64,000 bases of DNA, from assembly GCA_030141605.1 (NCBI GenBank), contig JAQGDQ010000017.1:992001-1056000 (forward strand), written 5' to 3'. The notes below the pieces were generated by a model. That model was not told the DNA's origin, made no database searches, and was given only the letters and a program-made list of their open reading frames with translations. Source of the stretch: Tubiluchus corallicola (Eukaryota; Animalia; Priapulida). Made by a program: the position numbers and the translations under genes. Numbering within the stretch: position 1 is the first letter of the stretch; each line of letters starts with the position of its first letter. Positions 13,701 through 26,496 of this stretch are shown one piece after another.

Positions 13701-14575
13701 AATATTAATTTTTTGCTGTTGAAAATTATGTTCGTTTGTGATGTTATCAATAGTTGGGCTCGCCCGCCATTAATTAAATGTTCGGTCAATTATCAGAAAC
13801 GCTTTTGCAATATTAATTGTGTTAAAATGTATAATTCTTATCGGACTTGAAAATGGGGTTTTCCTTTAACAATGAAATGTTCACATACGTACAACTTCTA
13901 TCGTTATGTGTTACAGGAATTGCCTAATTTGGTAATACGTCACTTTGCATGTCATGTACTTAGATGTGATTACAACCTTGTCATCTTTTTCTAGGAAGAG
14001 AAATTCCCGTGTCTACCTCAACCAACAATCCCAACAATTGGTACCATAAACTGCATTGGATTTTTTTCAACATAACCTCCTGTGTCGCGTTCGTAGTTAC
14101 TATTGGTTACTGGTCTCTAATCTATAATCCATCAATTGGGACAAACGTGGAAAGTATCATTAAACATGGAACAAACAGCATCGTTGTATTTTTAGATATC
14201 TTTGTCACTGCTATACCTTGTCGAGTCCTGCACATGTGGCAGCCTATGTTGTATCTCGTTTTGTACATAGTTTTCACTGTAATATACTGGGCGGCTGGTG
14301 GAAAAAATGACAGAGGCTTGACCTACATCTACGGGTTTTTGAACTATGAAGAAACCCCGGGATTGGCAGCGGGATACATAGCAGCAGGCGTTTTTGTACT
14401 CTTTCCATTGGTGTTCGCCATCATTTTCGGTTTAATCAAGATTCGTGATTGGCTAGTGATGAAGTTGACCGGGGTAACGGTAAACAGTTCCCATGGCAAC
14501 AGAGGGAGTACGTCATCTGGTGGAAGCAGGATCCATATCATACGTAGAAGTACATCAGCTGAAGATCCTATGTGA
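7711..14575 (+). CDS. rost: Rolling stone-like multi-pass membrane protein, paralog 1 (about 297 aa, 3 coding exons)
   Basis: Exons 7711-7800 (MADCCKAEGE...FGRNA), 10705-10927 (WGFHPVIYIIYR...WPIFLTNQ) and 13995-14575 (WYHKLHWIFFN...IKHGTNS...YWAAGG...YIYGFLNY). All junctions are GT-AG; the 894 nt are in frame. A possible extra in-frame upstream exon lies at 6988-7106. Confidence 0.85.
8899..9022 (+). ncRNA. vtRNA: Probable vault RNA (Pol III gene) in intron 1 of rost paralog 1
   Basis: The 5' part GCCGGCTAAGCATGGTGGGTACTTCG resembles vault RNA GCTGGCTTTAGCTCAGCGGTTACTTCG. It has a B box GGTTCGACTCC, terminal pairing CGCCGG/CCGGCG and GCATGGTGGG/CCCACCATGC, a TTTTT terminator at 9018-9022 and a length of about 120 nt. 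Confidence 0.75.
10395..10470 (+). mobile_element. tRNA-derived SINE head remnant
   Basis: B box GGTTCGAATCC without a cloverleaf. A related copy lies on the minus strand at about 48405-48465 (AGCAGAAGGTCTTGGGTTCGAGTCC...TTTTCAGACTTTT). Confidence 0.6.
10531..10662. repeat. (ATTGT)n microsatellite, about 26 units
   Basis: Perfect pentamer run about 40 nt upstream of the exon-2 acceptor. Confidence 0.99.
11042..12550 (-). mobile_element. 5'-truncated RTE-clade LINE (reverse transcriptase), antisense in intron 2 of rost paralog 1
   Basis: 425-aa ORF with QAGFRKGRSC, FIDFKKAFDSV, GVKQGCIMSP, LDFADD and the RTE C-terminal RKRGRPKTTW. The upstream frame (AIKKLKNNKAAGEDQI...LPKKG) is joined by a 1-nt frameshift near 12367. 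Short (TAAGG) tail. Confidence 0.93.
13270..13869 (+). mobile_element. TTAA-flanked MITE family (Kolobok-like), copy A
   Basis: Body shared with the other copies (ACTAGTTCTTTGCTGTTACATG, TAGACGGGCACT, GGACTTGAAAATGGGG); ends CCT-TTAA; left end degenerate. Confidence 0.8.
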
Positions 14576-16873
14576 GAACTTTCTAGAAATTTCTAACTCC
14601 AAAATTGATTATTACACACTTCTAAGTGTATTTGTGGTGCCTAACGTTGAGCTTACTGGAGGGCTTGAGCAACTGCTAACGTTTAAATAATTTATATGTT
14701 TTCTCGCATGTTATCAACAAGCACTATTAAACTTTGTATGGCATATCAATTATTGTAGAATCACAGCCAATTAGAAAACTTGAAAATCGAATCAAACTAG
14801 ATTTGGAACATTTAACTGTACGAAAATATGGTGTATTATAATTATGTAAAAATATATTAATTGTCTGCAGTGTATCAGACATTAAATTATATAGAATTGA
14901 ATCAGGCCGCAATTTAAGCCAAGGATAAATAAAAATGTTTTTATTATGCATAATAATAATTATTTTTTAAAAATCGAAAAACGTGTCGATAGTCAAATAT
15001 GATTATACCTAGTACGAAAACATGACTATGATGAAATCTGTAGTATATCGTGAAGTCGAGGCCGACTACGTATAGTAGCATCGCGGCAATTGTTAGTACA
15101 TGCAGTATATGTGAGGATTAGGGTGAAGATGTGCTTGAAGTTATAGAGGAGATGGGTGATAGTAAAGGAAAGTTTGAAAGTGTAAGGGAAGAGTGACTGT
15201 ATAGGCTTGGTGGGGACTTGAGAGAGTAAGAGATAAAGATCATTTTAATAATTCTTAGCTATCTTATATGAAGGTTACATGAAGGTTAAAACTTTCTCAC
15301 TATTCAATTATGTGTAAAGTAAAATGTTCCCATGCCTCCATTTAAAAAACAAACAAAAACAAAAATTTTCCCCACTATTGTGATGTTTGCTGCTGCATTT
15401 ATGGCTATCACGACCTTCACTCAGTGAAAATTAATAAGATCTGATTTTAATTCCTTAATCTGTTATTTTATGTGTATTCATGAATGGAAGTTAGGATTCA
15501 GGGTGTTCCAAATCTAATAATTATAATGTTCTCATTGGAACCATGGTATTAAAGTTCATCTTCAACTGTATTCTCAATCTCATACAAAGTATGACGGGAA
15601 ATGTAGCCTTATGGTTTTTCGTCCTAACTAGTTTATTGTTGTTTTCTTGTGCACTACACATTCTACACAACTGTTAGATACATTAAGTTTTATAAGCATG
15701 TTCTTTTACGCATTAACATGTCAAACATGTGGCAAGAGCATCGTACCTTTTGAAGCATATGAGGTGAAATTCATCTTTTCACAAACAAATTTTTTCAGCA
15801 CTGTACGACCTCGTTTATCCAGAATACTAAAATTATTGTGTATATATTCGATAGTTCTATATATGATGCATAATAGTACCAAATTACGTATGAAATGACC
15901 GTCTCGAATGAGTTTGTTTTTATACAACAAAATTCTGACGGTCAATACGTCATCTTAGATGCAGTACAATGGCGGAGATTAATATCAGACGATGCTCAGG
16001 TTCGAATTCGGGCGCAACTGAAAAGAAAAACCAACGATGATGATGACGTCGCTATTAGCAGTTAAAAACTTTTTTGTCTTATTTTGTATAAAGTGCTAAA
16101 CTTTTTCTAGCATAAACAGAGGTGTATCAAGACTCTATGACGCCCTGGGCTGATAATTCTGTCCGCTTATCACTATTGTGAATTTATGGTTGTCTGAGAA
16201 GATTAAAAAATTATCCGTGGTCTGTTAGAAACTGTTTCTACGTGACCATTATTAATTACATGTATCTGCATAGCGCTTATATTCAAGCAGGCTGCGTAAC
16301 TGCTTGTTGTGTAATACCTTGCTTCTATTCCTTATATGTCAATTATATAAAAGCTGCTCACAGTAACCGCCTGTGGTGTGTTACAAAATGCGTCCTTTAG
16401 ATAAATATAAAAGTATACACATTTTCCGAGGATTTTCTAAAATGTGACACCCCTCCAAACTTTGGCGCCCTGGGCTGTAGCCTAGTTAGCCTATTGGTTA
16501 GTGTGCCCCTGGGCTTAAATGTAGCATAAACACATAATTCTTGTAACAAATAGTGTGTGCATAATGGTCATCTTTTCTTCTAGTTCTTTCTGATTGTGCT
16601 TATTTTTTAATAAAAAATCACAATCGATGGAGAATTCGAAAGCATTATGGCACATTTATAATAAACAATAACTTTAGTAGATTTTTTCTTTTATTGGCCA
16701 AATGGAAAGAATTCAGTCGATTGTTTTCTAGACAATGAAAAATGTTCCATAAAACATTCAATTTTCTTTTTACTTTAGACCACTTAATTTTTACTGACAT
16801 ATTTTTGGTGATGTATAGCTATTGCTAAAATACAATTCCTGACCTGAAAGCGTACGTGATATTACCGTTGAGA

Positions 16874-19241
16874 ATGGGGAACTTTTGGGCAGGGGAACTG
16901 CATTGGAAAAATCTTTTCTGGGACTATCCAAATAGTTCCGCTTTTGAACGAAACGCGGTAAGTTAAGTCTTATTGTAAATGTTCTTAGTTCGCGTTACCC
17001 ATACCTACCTAGAAATGGCGCACAAACACATTGTCTTTCGCTTAGTTTATTTGGATTGAAGTAAATCTGCTTAAAACACGTGCATATGCCTGAGTACACG
17101 ACATAACACGATACAGGCAGGCCCGACGAGAGAGGGGGCAGGAGGGACCAGTGCTCAGGTTCTAGGGGGCCCGACAAGATTAAGGACGCAAGCAGGGTTT
17201 TATATAGTTAGAGCTGCTAAACGTTTTTTTCATAAAGTTGTTTACGTGGATCAGCCATTTCTTCTTGTGTTTTATCTAGCTTTTCTATCGCCAGTACCTT
17301 TTTTGATTGGTGAAGGTATTGGAAATAAAGGGTAATTGGCGGAACGTGTGTTTGGTTCATTTCTGTGTTTAAGTTCAGCTTTATGTAATGTTTTGCCACT
17401 TGAAAGGGGGGCCTTAATGCTTGCTAACCCGGGGCCCGCAATGGCTCTCGACGCACTGGATACAGGTTATGTAATTATGAGAATATAGACACAGTGAACT
17501 GAAGACTACAATGTTGCTTGAAACCTGAATCACTTTTGATGATTTGATGATTAAACATTATTCTTATTACTTCAAGCGGTTGCTATGCCATTAGGGCACT
17601 CCAAAAAGGCACGCATGTCATTAATGATATCAAACCAACCTAAAAAAGCAGTTTCTCCTCAAACTTCAGACCGGTACTAAAGTCACAGGAAATAAGTCAC
17701 GGGAAAATTTACAATTTTGGCTAGGAAAATGTTGCAGTTAATTTTGGCTTGATTAGGGTTAGGGTTGGAGTTAGGAGTTACAAGGTCAGGGTTGGGGTTA
17801 AAATTAGGGTTATTTGTTTTTTCCCTGTGACTTTTTCTGTGACTCTCACCCTTGACTTTTTCTGACTGGATTCGCTGTGGTTTAGTTAAACTGCATGCAC
17901 ACCATCTATCGGTCTACAGGAAAATAAGAATTTTTGCACATGAAGAAATTTGAGGCATTTTAAAACGCCTGTAAGAAAACTTCTATAACTTAAAAACAAG
18001 TGCACTGCTATAGGCACAAGTTGCATGGCACAAAAATGATATTAATATATTCTACAAATTGTTTTTTCAGTGGGGCATTAGTGCAGGCATCTACATCCTT
18101 TATCGTGTATTTGTGAGCTTTTTCTGTGGTTCATGGCTGCTCATCAGTTTCATCAATGCCGCAAAACATCTCAATGGTCGACAAACAATCTGGCCTATTT
18201 ATCTGAGCAATCAATGTTTTCTTATCCTGGTCATTTACTTGACCGTAATATTAATAATGACTGTCAGGCCTCCGCGGTCTGACACCACTATAGGTGAGTA
18301 ATTGGGATGGTCACTGTACAAACAATCAGTTCAGTCGTCAATCTGTTAGGTAGTTTTTGCGCAATAGGCTTACTGCCATAACAGACAAAAAACAAGCAAA
18401 CGAACACACAAACAAATATACAAACTGTTTTGAAGCAAAACTTCCTAGGCAGAGGTAAAAATAATTAAAATAATTAGCTGACACTGTAACCCTAACCTTA
18501 AACACATATTTTACTAAGTGTGCCATTTTTACATACTTTTCCATTTGTGCGTTTTTTCCTGTGCCACTTTTACCTGTGCTTTTTTTACTCACATTCGAAT
18601 AGCAAATAATGGATGCCACGTTATACATTCTATGTTCTTCACACAAAAACTGCATTCGATTTTGTGGCAGCCCTGCCTATTACACAAATACTGTTAACAC
18701 AATTTTCGCAATTATTTCAGTGTCCTATAATCCTAGCAGTGGTCCCGTCAAGTGGAGCCACAAGCTAGAATGGGTGTTTTTCAACTTGGCAGCCTCCAGC
18801 TCGTTCTTGGTTACCGTTTTTTACTGGGCTTTTATTTACGATGCTTACGAAGGAACGTACTTGGAGAGTAGGATAAAACATGCAGGAAATAGCATCATTG
18901 TAATTTTGGACCTATTCATTACTGCCATACCATGCAGAATTCTCCACACGTGGCAACCGATGCTGTATTTCATCTTGTACGTCTCTTTCACTATGGTCTA
19001 CTGGAAACTTGGTGGAACGACCTCCGAAGGAAGCCACTACATTTATCCGTTTTTGAACTATGAGGACGCCCCAGGAACAGCGGCGTCGCATGTAGGATTT
19101 TGGGTTTTTGTAGGGGTTCCATTGTCCTTTTGTTTAATTTTCTTTCTGGTTAAGTTTCGTGACTGGCTGGTGTTGAAAGTGGCTGGTCGATCTGCCACCC
19201 CTGTTACCAATACTCAAGTGAATATAATAAGGCCCATATAA
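16874..19241 (+). CDS. rost: Rolling stone-like membrane protein, paralog 2 (about 275 aa, 3 coding exons)
   Basis: Exons 16874-16957 (MGNFWAGEL...FERNA), 18071-18293 (223 nt, same size as paralog 1; WPIYLSNQ) and 18721-19241 (WSHKLEWVFFN...IKHAGNS...YIYPFLNY). GT-AG junctions; 828 nt in frame. Confidence 0.85.
17118..17458. mobile_element. hAT-type MITE
   Basis: Imperfect TIRs CAGGCCCGACGAGAG / CTCTCGACGCACTG; exact 8-bp TSD GATACAGG at 17110-17117 and 17459-17466. Confidence 0.8.
17670..17870. mobile_element. Small non-autonomous element with inverted AGTCAC repeats and an internal (TTAGGG)-like tract
   Basis: AAAGTCACAGGAAA on the left versus TTTTCCCTGTGACTTT on the right; GGGTTAGGGTT core. 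Confidence 0.5.
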
Positions 19242-19757
19242 TAAACATGATCTGATAACACGAAATATATGTGAGCATGAGCTCGGAGGCTATAATTTAT
19301 TTGTGATTCTAAGCGCAATGAACGAAATCATTGCGTTTTAGTAACCCATAGGAAATACTTATCGTTCCCAACTGATAACTCATGGTATATGAATGATAAT
19401 GCATTCCAGCAAAACGTCGTTAAACGAAACCAAGACTTTCATAGAAAGTAATGTAAAAAATGTTCCAGAGGCAAAAGTTAATGTTGCTTAGATCACACAA
19501 GTTAAACATTTTATGAGTTTTATTCATGTTCCTACTGATTAATTTCTTTCTGCTTGTTGAAACCACCTGTTTTTTACCAATACCCTGTGTTTTAGGACAG
19601 AATAATGCAATGTGCTGTTTTAATGCTTCAAATTTGACAAAAAAGTTGTTGATAAAGTAAAAATTGGCTTTGAGCACAGCAAAAAATCGTTATGTGACTC
19701 GTTAAGTGAAAAAAGGGGTCAAATGTTCAGCATCTTTAAAATAAATTAAACGTTATA

Positions 19758-20065
19758 TAGGTTTTACACGTCAAATGTAGACACAGGAAAGTTCAAATGT
19801 GACTTAGGTAAGTCAAATGTAGACATAGGAATTTCGAATGTGTTTTGGTAACTCAAATGTGACTTAGGTAAGTCAAATGTAGACATAGGACATTTGACTT
19901 GACATGTGTCTACATTTGGCTTACCAAAAACGCTTAAAATTTCTTGAAAACCATTGTTAACACATTTGAACTACCTAAGTCTACATTTGAGTTACCAAGA
20001 CACATTTGAATTACCTAAATCTACATTTGAGTTAACGCAGGTTTACATTTGACATGTAAAACCTG
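19758..20065. mobile_element. Palindromic MITE with 20-bp TCAAATGT sub-repeats
   Basis: TIRs (T)AGGTTTTACACGTCAAATGTAGAC / GTTTACATTTGACATGTAAAACCTG, with TA on both sides. Confidence 0.75.
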
Positions 20066-20842
20066 TATGAAGGCTTAACTGTACTACTAAGATTTTTATA
20101 ATTACAACTATAATACATTGAGAGTCCAGCTGCATGTCCTAGTTCCAACAGTGGTCCGTCTGTCCATTGTTCTTTACTAATTTTGTTTGGGCGTTTAACG
20201 TTTTTGTACAATACAAGGATGAACTGATCAACAAAATATTTAGTAACTCAGTAAATGTCAACAGAATAAAGACATAACAAAGTTGTATTATTGTTAAATG
20301 AGAACACCATTTTTATTTACTTGTTTATGAATTGCTATAATGTAAACAAATGTAAAGTACGTTTGTACAATAATAGTGTTAATAAAAATGTCTAAAATGA
20401 CGATTTACTAAAATCCAAATAAAATTCTTTACTGTTATTAGATTTTATTTCACAAAAATTTTACATTGTCATTACAATTATTACTTCTTATGTGTATATA
20501 TAATTCTATAAAAATAAAATACTAAACTTTTTTAATATCTATATCAACAATTTGTTTCAATTTATTTACTTTATTATTACACAGACATTTTGATTAAATC
20601 TGAGTTCAGGTGAGTGTTATTGTTAGTATTATTTAAAATGTTATGCACGCTTGTGATTTTAATGAGCAATGTGATCTTAACGGAATGTCATGTTATGAAC
20701 AGCAAAACTGTAACTAATTATCGCTTACGTGTAAAATTGTTAAATTATATGAAAACTATTAGGTAATGTATGTGTTCTGAGTCATTAATGAAATTGTCCA
20801 AGGGTGTACTCAAATAACAAAAACACTAAATAGAAAAGATTG

Positions 20843-23800
20843 CTATTCAGAGAGCTCCCAGCTCTTCATGTGACGAAGATGGTCAAGACATTGGGTACGT
20901 CCAGGATGGGAAGCCATGCAGGTTTCGGAAATGTTCCACGGGTTAACGTCATTGTCGGACACGTGTCCGGAATCATCCATGTTTGTCTGCATGGTGGGAT
21001 CACCCGATGCCATTTCCATTCCGGGCTGTCCACTCCAGGCGCTGGCGTTCTTGATTGTGGCAAACTTTGACCAGCTTTGTTGGGCTTTTGAGATGGGAAT
21101 GGTGTCTTCTGAGTGTCTCGAGACAGGAGGTGGTGGTACAGGACGACCTTTGTTGTACGGAGACCTTCTCTGCTCGTAGTGGATGTGGCTGTAAAAAAGA
21201 AATAGGTTTATTGCAACGTCACAACTGGTTTTTGATTGTATAAAATTCTAAAAAACATTCCTTGTTACAACCATAAAAAGCAATCAAGATCACAATCACC
21301 ATTGTACTCTTTGCATCATCAATCATCAGCATCATCATCATTAGCCATCATCACGTCATTATCATCAGTTATCATTCATCATCATCATCCTCATACTCAT
21401 CAACATCATCATCGTCGTCGTCGTGATCTTCATTGTCGTCATCGTCATCATCATCATCGTGATTATCGTCTTCATTGTCATCATCATCGTCATTGTCATC
21501 GTCATCATCATTGTCTTCATCGGCGCCATTATTATCATTTTTACCAATAACAATTACTAACACAACTTCCACCTTCTAGTACTGAACTAAAATTATTCAT
21601 TTACCTCTGATAATTTTGCTGGGCAGGCATGCCTTCATTTGATCCTCGTCTTGCTGTTGGTGGTGACCTTGTCAAAGGCGAGTTGACATACGTTACTTCC
21701 TGGGATGTGACTGGCGGAGGAGGTGCGTACTGCGACGATATGGCAGGAGAACCCATTGGTGAGTTGCTGCGCATAGATGGCATCTGCGAAAAGGCTGATC
21801 CCTGGGAATGTGGTACTGGAGGTGCAGTACCGGATGTCGGTGACTTGGTGACCGTTGTGTCCGGCACCACTACCCTGTTCGTAGGAAGTTTTGTGAACTG
21901 GCGAACCGTTGGGCACTTTGGTAAAAGTATCGCAGCCGATGGAAGTCGCTTCAGTGCGTGGTACCTAGGTAAATGTAAAAAACAAAATTTGAAAAACTAA
22001 TCAGTTTCTGGAGCTGAAATTTAGCAAAAAAAGAGGCAAAAGTAGCATATGCTTATTACACATTCTAAAGAAGAAATTCATCATTCCACTTAATGCTTCT
22101 GGCACTAATACACAAGACAGCAAGTCTATTGAGGCCTTACTGCATTCACTATAAGTTGGAGACAAAAATAAAGTTTCACAAGATTTTTTAGAAACAATTT
22201 GTTATTATAGTTTTTATTGTTGTAACTACCATATTTATGGCATATGGGAAAATAGTTTAACCCCATTTACACTAGGTAGAAAATACTCTTATCAGCCCAG
22301 AGCCAGAAATACCAATATGAGTACTGGCTTTCCGTGACGTCTCAAAAGATCAATATACAACAATTTACAATCTAAACAGAACATATACCATGCTTAGAAC
22401 AGGCTTGTCACTGAATGGCACAGGAGGCAAAATAAGTCTAGGGACAAGTAGACAAAGTCATGAAAGGTGCGACACAGATTAAGAAGATCCGAATCGCATC
22501 TTCTCCGTACTTTACGAAACTTTTCTGTTCACATTTCTACCAGGGCCATATGTGAGCAGGCCTACATATTGCTGATTTTCCAGTACTTCTGCAACAATAA
22601 CTCTTGAAATTTTTTTCGGTTAAGCCTTTATCAAAGAGGTTAAATAAGCATAACTATAGGTATTACATACACACCTATACGCTTGGAGGACCATATCCCT
22701 GCATTCAGGATTCAGCATTTCTTCAACCACCTCAACACGCATGGCCAGATCTTGAGCAGTAATTAACGGGAACCTCACCCTTTTAATCAATGGCACCACC
22801 TTTGATGCCCTTCCCTGCTGATCATAAGTCACCCAGCGAACTGCCGCCTCAAATACTTGAAGCTCTTCCACGTTGAGTCCATCCTCGTCCATGAGCTGAA
22901 TGATTCTCTTGTAGGGGAGCTGCAGGAAGTCCTCTTGCATAGACAGGTCGTAGAATCTCTCGCAGACGAAGTTGTACATGGCTTCCTGAAGTTCCTTAAG
23001 GCAGTGCTTCTCGGCGATTTTCAGGAATAGAAGGACGTTGGATAGATTGTAGCTTCCAAGAATGTTGTAGCAACGATTTGTCAGCTTTGAAATGTGTAGC
23101 TAAAAAACACAGCATAAAACAAAAAATTGTATTTTTATTGGACGAGAGTGGACCAACCAATCCAAATCTCTCTGGATTCCTTTTACATTGCTCTTATTAC
23201 TGGAAAACATAAGCTAATAATGATAATGCACATGCAGGTTGCTAATAATTTAAAAATAATCTATAGAGTGACTGGCTAGAAAAAAACAAGAACTGCCAAC
23301 TTGGAATAAACCGTTATCGAATAGAGTACTGCTTACACATATAAACTTAGTATACAAACCTGCCATATAAAAGGTAAAGATTTTTGTCTTCAGACATTTA
23401 ATTACCTGTGATGCACAGCCAATGACGTCATCTAAATTATTAGCATTAATCTGCATCTGAGCCGTGTAAATGTAATTGAGGACGACGGAGAGACCCTGAT
23501 GCGTGCAGTCTTGCAACACAATCTCACTCATGGCCGCTCCATCTGGATGGGTGAACATCCACTCGTAGCGTTTACTGTGAGCAGCCAAAACCGCCTTGTG
23601 AATAGGGAACTCAAAGTCTCCCAGTACAAGGAGAAGATCACACATCTTTTCATCTCTCCAACTTCTATACAAGAATCTCATTGTATGCTCCGAATGGTAC
23701 TACAAAAACAAAGTACGTTATTTATTTAAAGTAGCAAGTTTAGTTGCCCTTGCAAACTTACTCATTCAACTTTAAAACATTTATGCTTCTTTACTTGAAG

Positions 23801-25531
23801 CAAAGTAAAAATTAAAATAATTTAGTTTCGTGTTTTTTTTCAATTAGTTACTTACCTGTCTTGGGAACTTGGGAGTATTATGAACAAGATAAATCCTGAC
23901 TGTGTGATATTTTTTATTTCCCTTTAAATATTCTCTGTTTACGTGTCTGTACACGCTTATTTGTTTTTAGTTTGCAAGCTTGTTTGTTTGTTTTATTTTT
24001 GCTAATTATTTATTATTATAACACAACAAGTTTGAACGAACATACAGCTATAATACTTGCCATAGCTAGTCAACAAAATAAATGACACCTATAGCTCAAT
24101 TACACAACAATAAACAGGCTAACTAGTTAATAATTACTTATATTCACATTTTATTTTTTATTTTCACTAATCCCTAAACATAACACGTTTTTAGCAATTT
24201 ATAAAAAGGTTAGCTAGCTAACTTTGCTGTATTGTCATATGTTTGTGCAGTGTCTGTAAATTCCAGAGTGTTAATAAATTAAGTTAAATTAACTTTGAGT
24301 ACCTGAAATGCTTTAGTTATTGAAGCATCCTTCTTTTTCAAGGCCGCTTTATCGCCTGCTGCTTCCATTTGTTTAGGCTTCATCTGATGATCGTTGCCGT
24401 TACCGTATTCTGTCTTCGGCATATTGGTTTGATTTGACCGACGTGTGGTTAGCTGTCCATTATTCGCTTGTTGAAATCCACTTTGTTCAGATTTTGTCTG
24501 ACCAATGGACTTTTTACCCGACATTCTTTCCTCGTCAGAACTGGAACTTTCGTCTCTCCTATTAGCAGCCGCTTCCGAAGACCTTCGCCTTTGCACTTTT
24601 TCAGTTTTTTCTTGTTTTCCTCTTCCTAAAACGCCATTGTTTTTATTGCTTTCTATCGTCGCTGTTGTAGACGAACGCCTCTTAACGGGTATTGTCTGAT
24701 TAGACGACGAGCCCATCTTTCCTTCTTTTTGTGTCATTTCTTCTATGGAGTTTAGCACCCTTAACAAAAGACATTTACACATATTAATTATGCATTTGGC
24801 TGTGGATGGATAGACAATTTCCGCGGCTACAGCTCCTACAGCGACTACCGGTCAGTAAAAATAACAATTCTGCAACTAAAAATCAGAGTAAACTAAACGG
24901 TTTCTTATTTCGAACTGATGCTGTCTGTTACTTTGATCCGAACTTTGAGATCTGCCTGTTAAAATTAGCCTTAATATTTTTATCAATGCCGATAACTATA
25001 CGGTTTTTATTTAGTTAAGCTTAACCATATAAGCTGATCTTTATATTAAATAGTTTCAGTTACATTTAATAACATAAAATTCGACATAAAATGTCCACCA
25101 CGTGTCTCCAGATTTTTCAGATTACCACATTGTTATACATGTCATCAGTAAAGACTGTGGACTCTGGACTCTGTAGTTCAACCGTTCAAATTTAATCAAA
25201 ATTGTGAACTTGTGCCAGACTTTCTTTTAAACCTAACATTTTGCTCAATTTAAGTTAAAACGCCAACAAGAAAACAACTACATGTTAAAGTTATATTGCA
25301 AATTTACAACCCCAGTTCTGTGACGTTTTAATTTAGATAAAAATTCCGATAAGAAATAATTCATCTACGTAGTTACCTAGCCACCGGGTGCGTATCACTC
25401 GATTTACGAAATGCGTCTATATAGTCTTCGTTCTCTTTTGTAAATTCTTGTTTAATTCCGTTAAAAAACTTTGAAAAAACTGGTTTCTCTAATGTGTGTA
25501 AACTCCGCTGAAAGCTGCGCCCTTCTGTCAT
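20843..25531 (-). CDS. BTB/POZ-BACK domain protein lacking Kelch repeats (about 678 aa, 6 coding exons)
   Basis: Exons 25531-25377, 24759-24303, 23699-23406 (BTB: MCDLLLVLGDFEFPIHKAVLAAHS...VLNYIYTA), 23099-22675 (BACK: EELQVFEAAVRWV...VRFPLI), 21964-21605 and 21188-20843 (stop TAG). Phases 2/0/0/2/2 are consistent; 2037 nt. Confidence 0.85.
21313..21540. repeat. Imperfect (ATC/GTC)n microsatellite in the last intron of the BTB gene
   Basis: Trinucleotide run giving poly-His, poly-Asp and poly-Met ORFs. Confidence 0.95.
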
Positions 25532-26496
25532 GACAACAACACGCTGCACACGTAACAAATATTTTTCACTTCGTCTGGATAAAATCCAAAATTATTGTCA
25601 GTCTGGAAAAACAAAAATATCTCATTAGATGAATTAGGTGACTACTAATGATGATTAAATTATCTAGTCAGCAAAAAAATTCACTCAACCTCAAATAAAT
25701 TAACATTGGTTATATAAAAATTTTACTTCTCAATCCTTAGATAAGTGTAATAGATCCCTCTTTACATCTTTTAGTTATCTACAGTACCACTACGTCCTTT
25801 GCCTCCTATGACATATCTAGCTTGTTATGTTGATCAGTGAAGTTTATTTCAATTTGTAAAAAATGTTTACCTGTTAGAAGTTTCACTTAAATAACCTAAC
25901 AGTTATCATGTCTTAAATTCACAGACATGCCACGTAACCATGACTGTTGTTGCTCCGATGCAATTCATTATTCTCTAATAAACGCGTAGTCTTCTGATTC
26001 ACTATGACGCAAAAATTGTCACATTACAAACAGTGATTATTTCAGTTGCACATAAATTTTATTCCACGAAAGACCGAAGGGGTTGGGCGTCTTTTAAACA
26101 CGTAAAATTTCTATCCGCAGTAAAAATATGGCGAAGTACGCGAAATCTGGCACAAAAAGAAACTTCCAAGCGTTCCAATTATGAGTATTGTGTATTGTGT
26201 GTCGTAAAAGTTGACGTCATATCCTTGGAAATGACGTATTTTCCTCTTTATGTCTACTGTACATTGTAGCACGGTACTGTACGTGTATACAGTTCAAATC
26301 TTTAGTAATTCATAGGTTTTTTGGTTCAAACAATCGGCAAAAGATTGTGCGTCAATTTGGCGAAGTGTTTTTTGATTTTCCAATTAATCCTCCTAAATTT
26401 CCTTTTTGACTCTTGTATTGTTTTCCTAAATTCGTTACCATTTTTTAACGCTGGTCGCCACGGCATCCGGCACTCAGCAGCTGCATCTACTTAATG

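Noticed and set aside
17490-17535. CTGAAGA...GAAA hammerhead-like core
   Set aside because: No convincing stems I-III.
21236-21572. Poly-His, poly-Asp and poly-Met ORFs (also 34124-34409)
   Set aside because: Intronic trinucleotide microsatellites; the flanking exons splice in frame without them.
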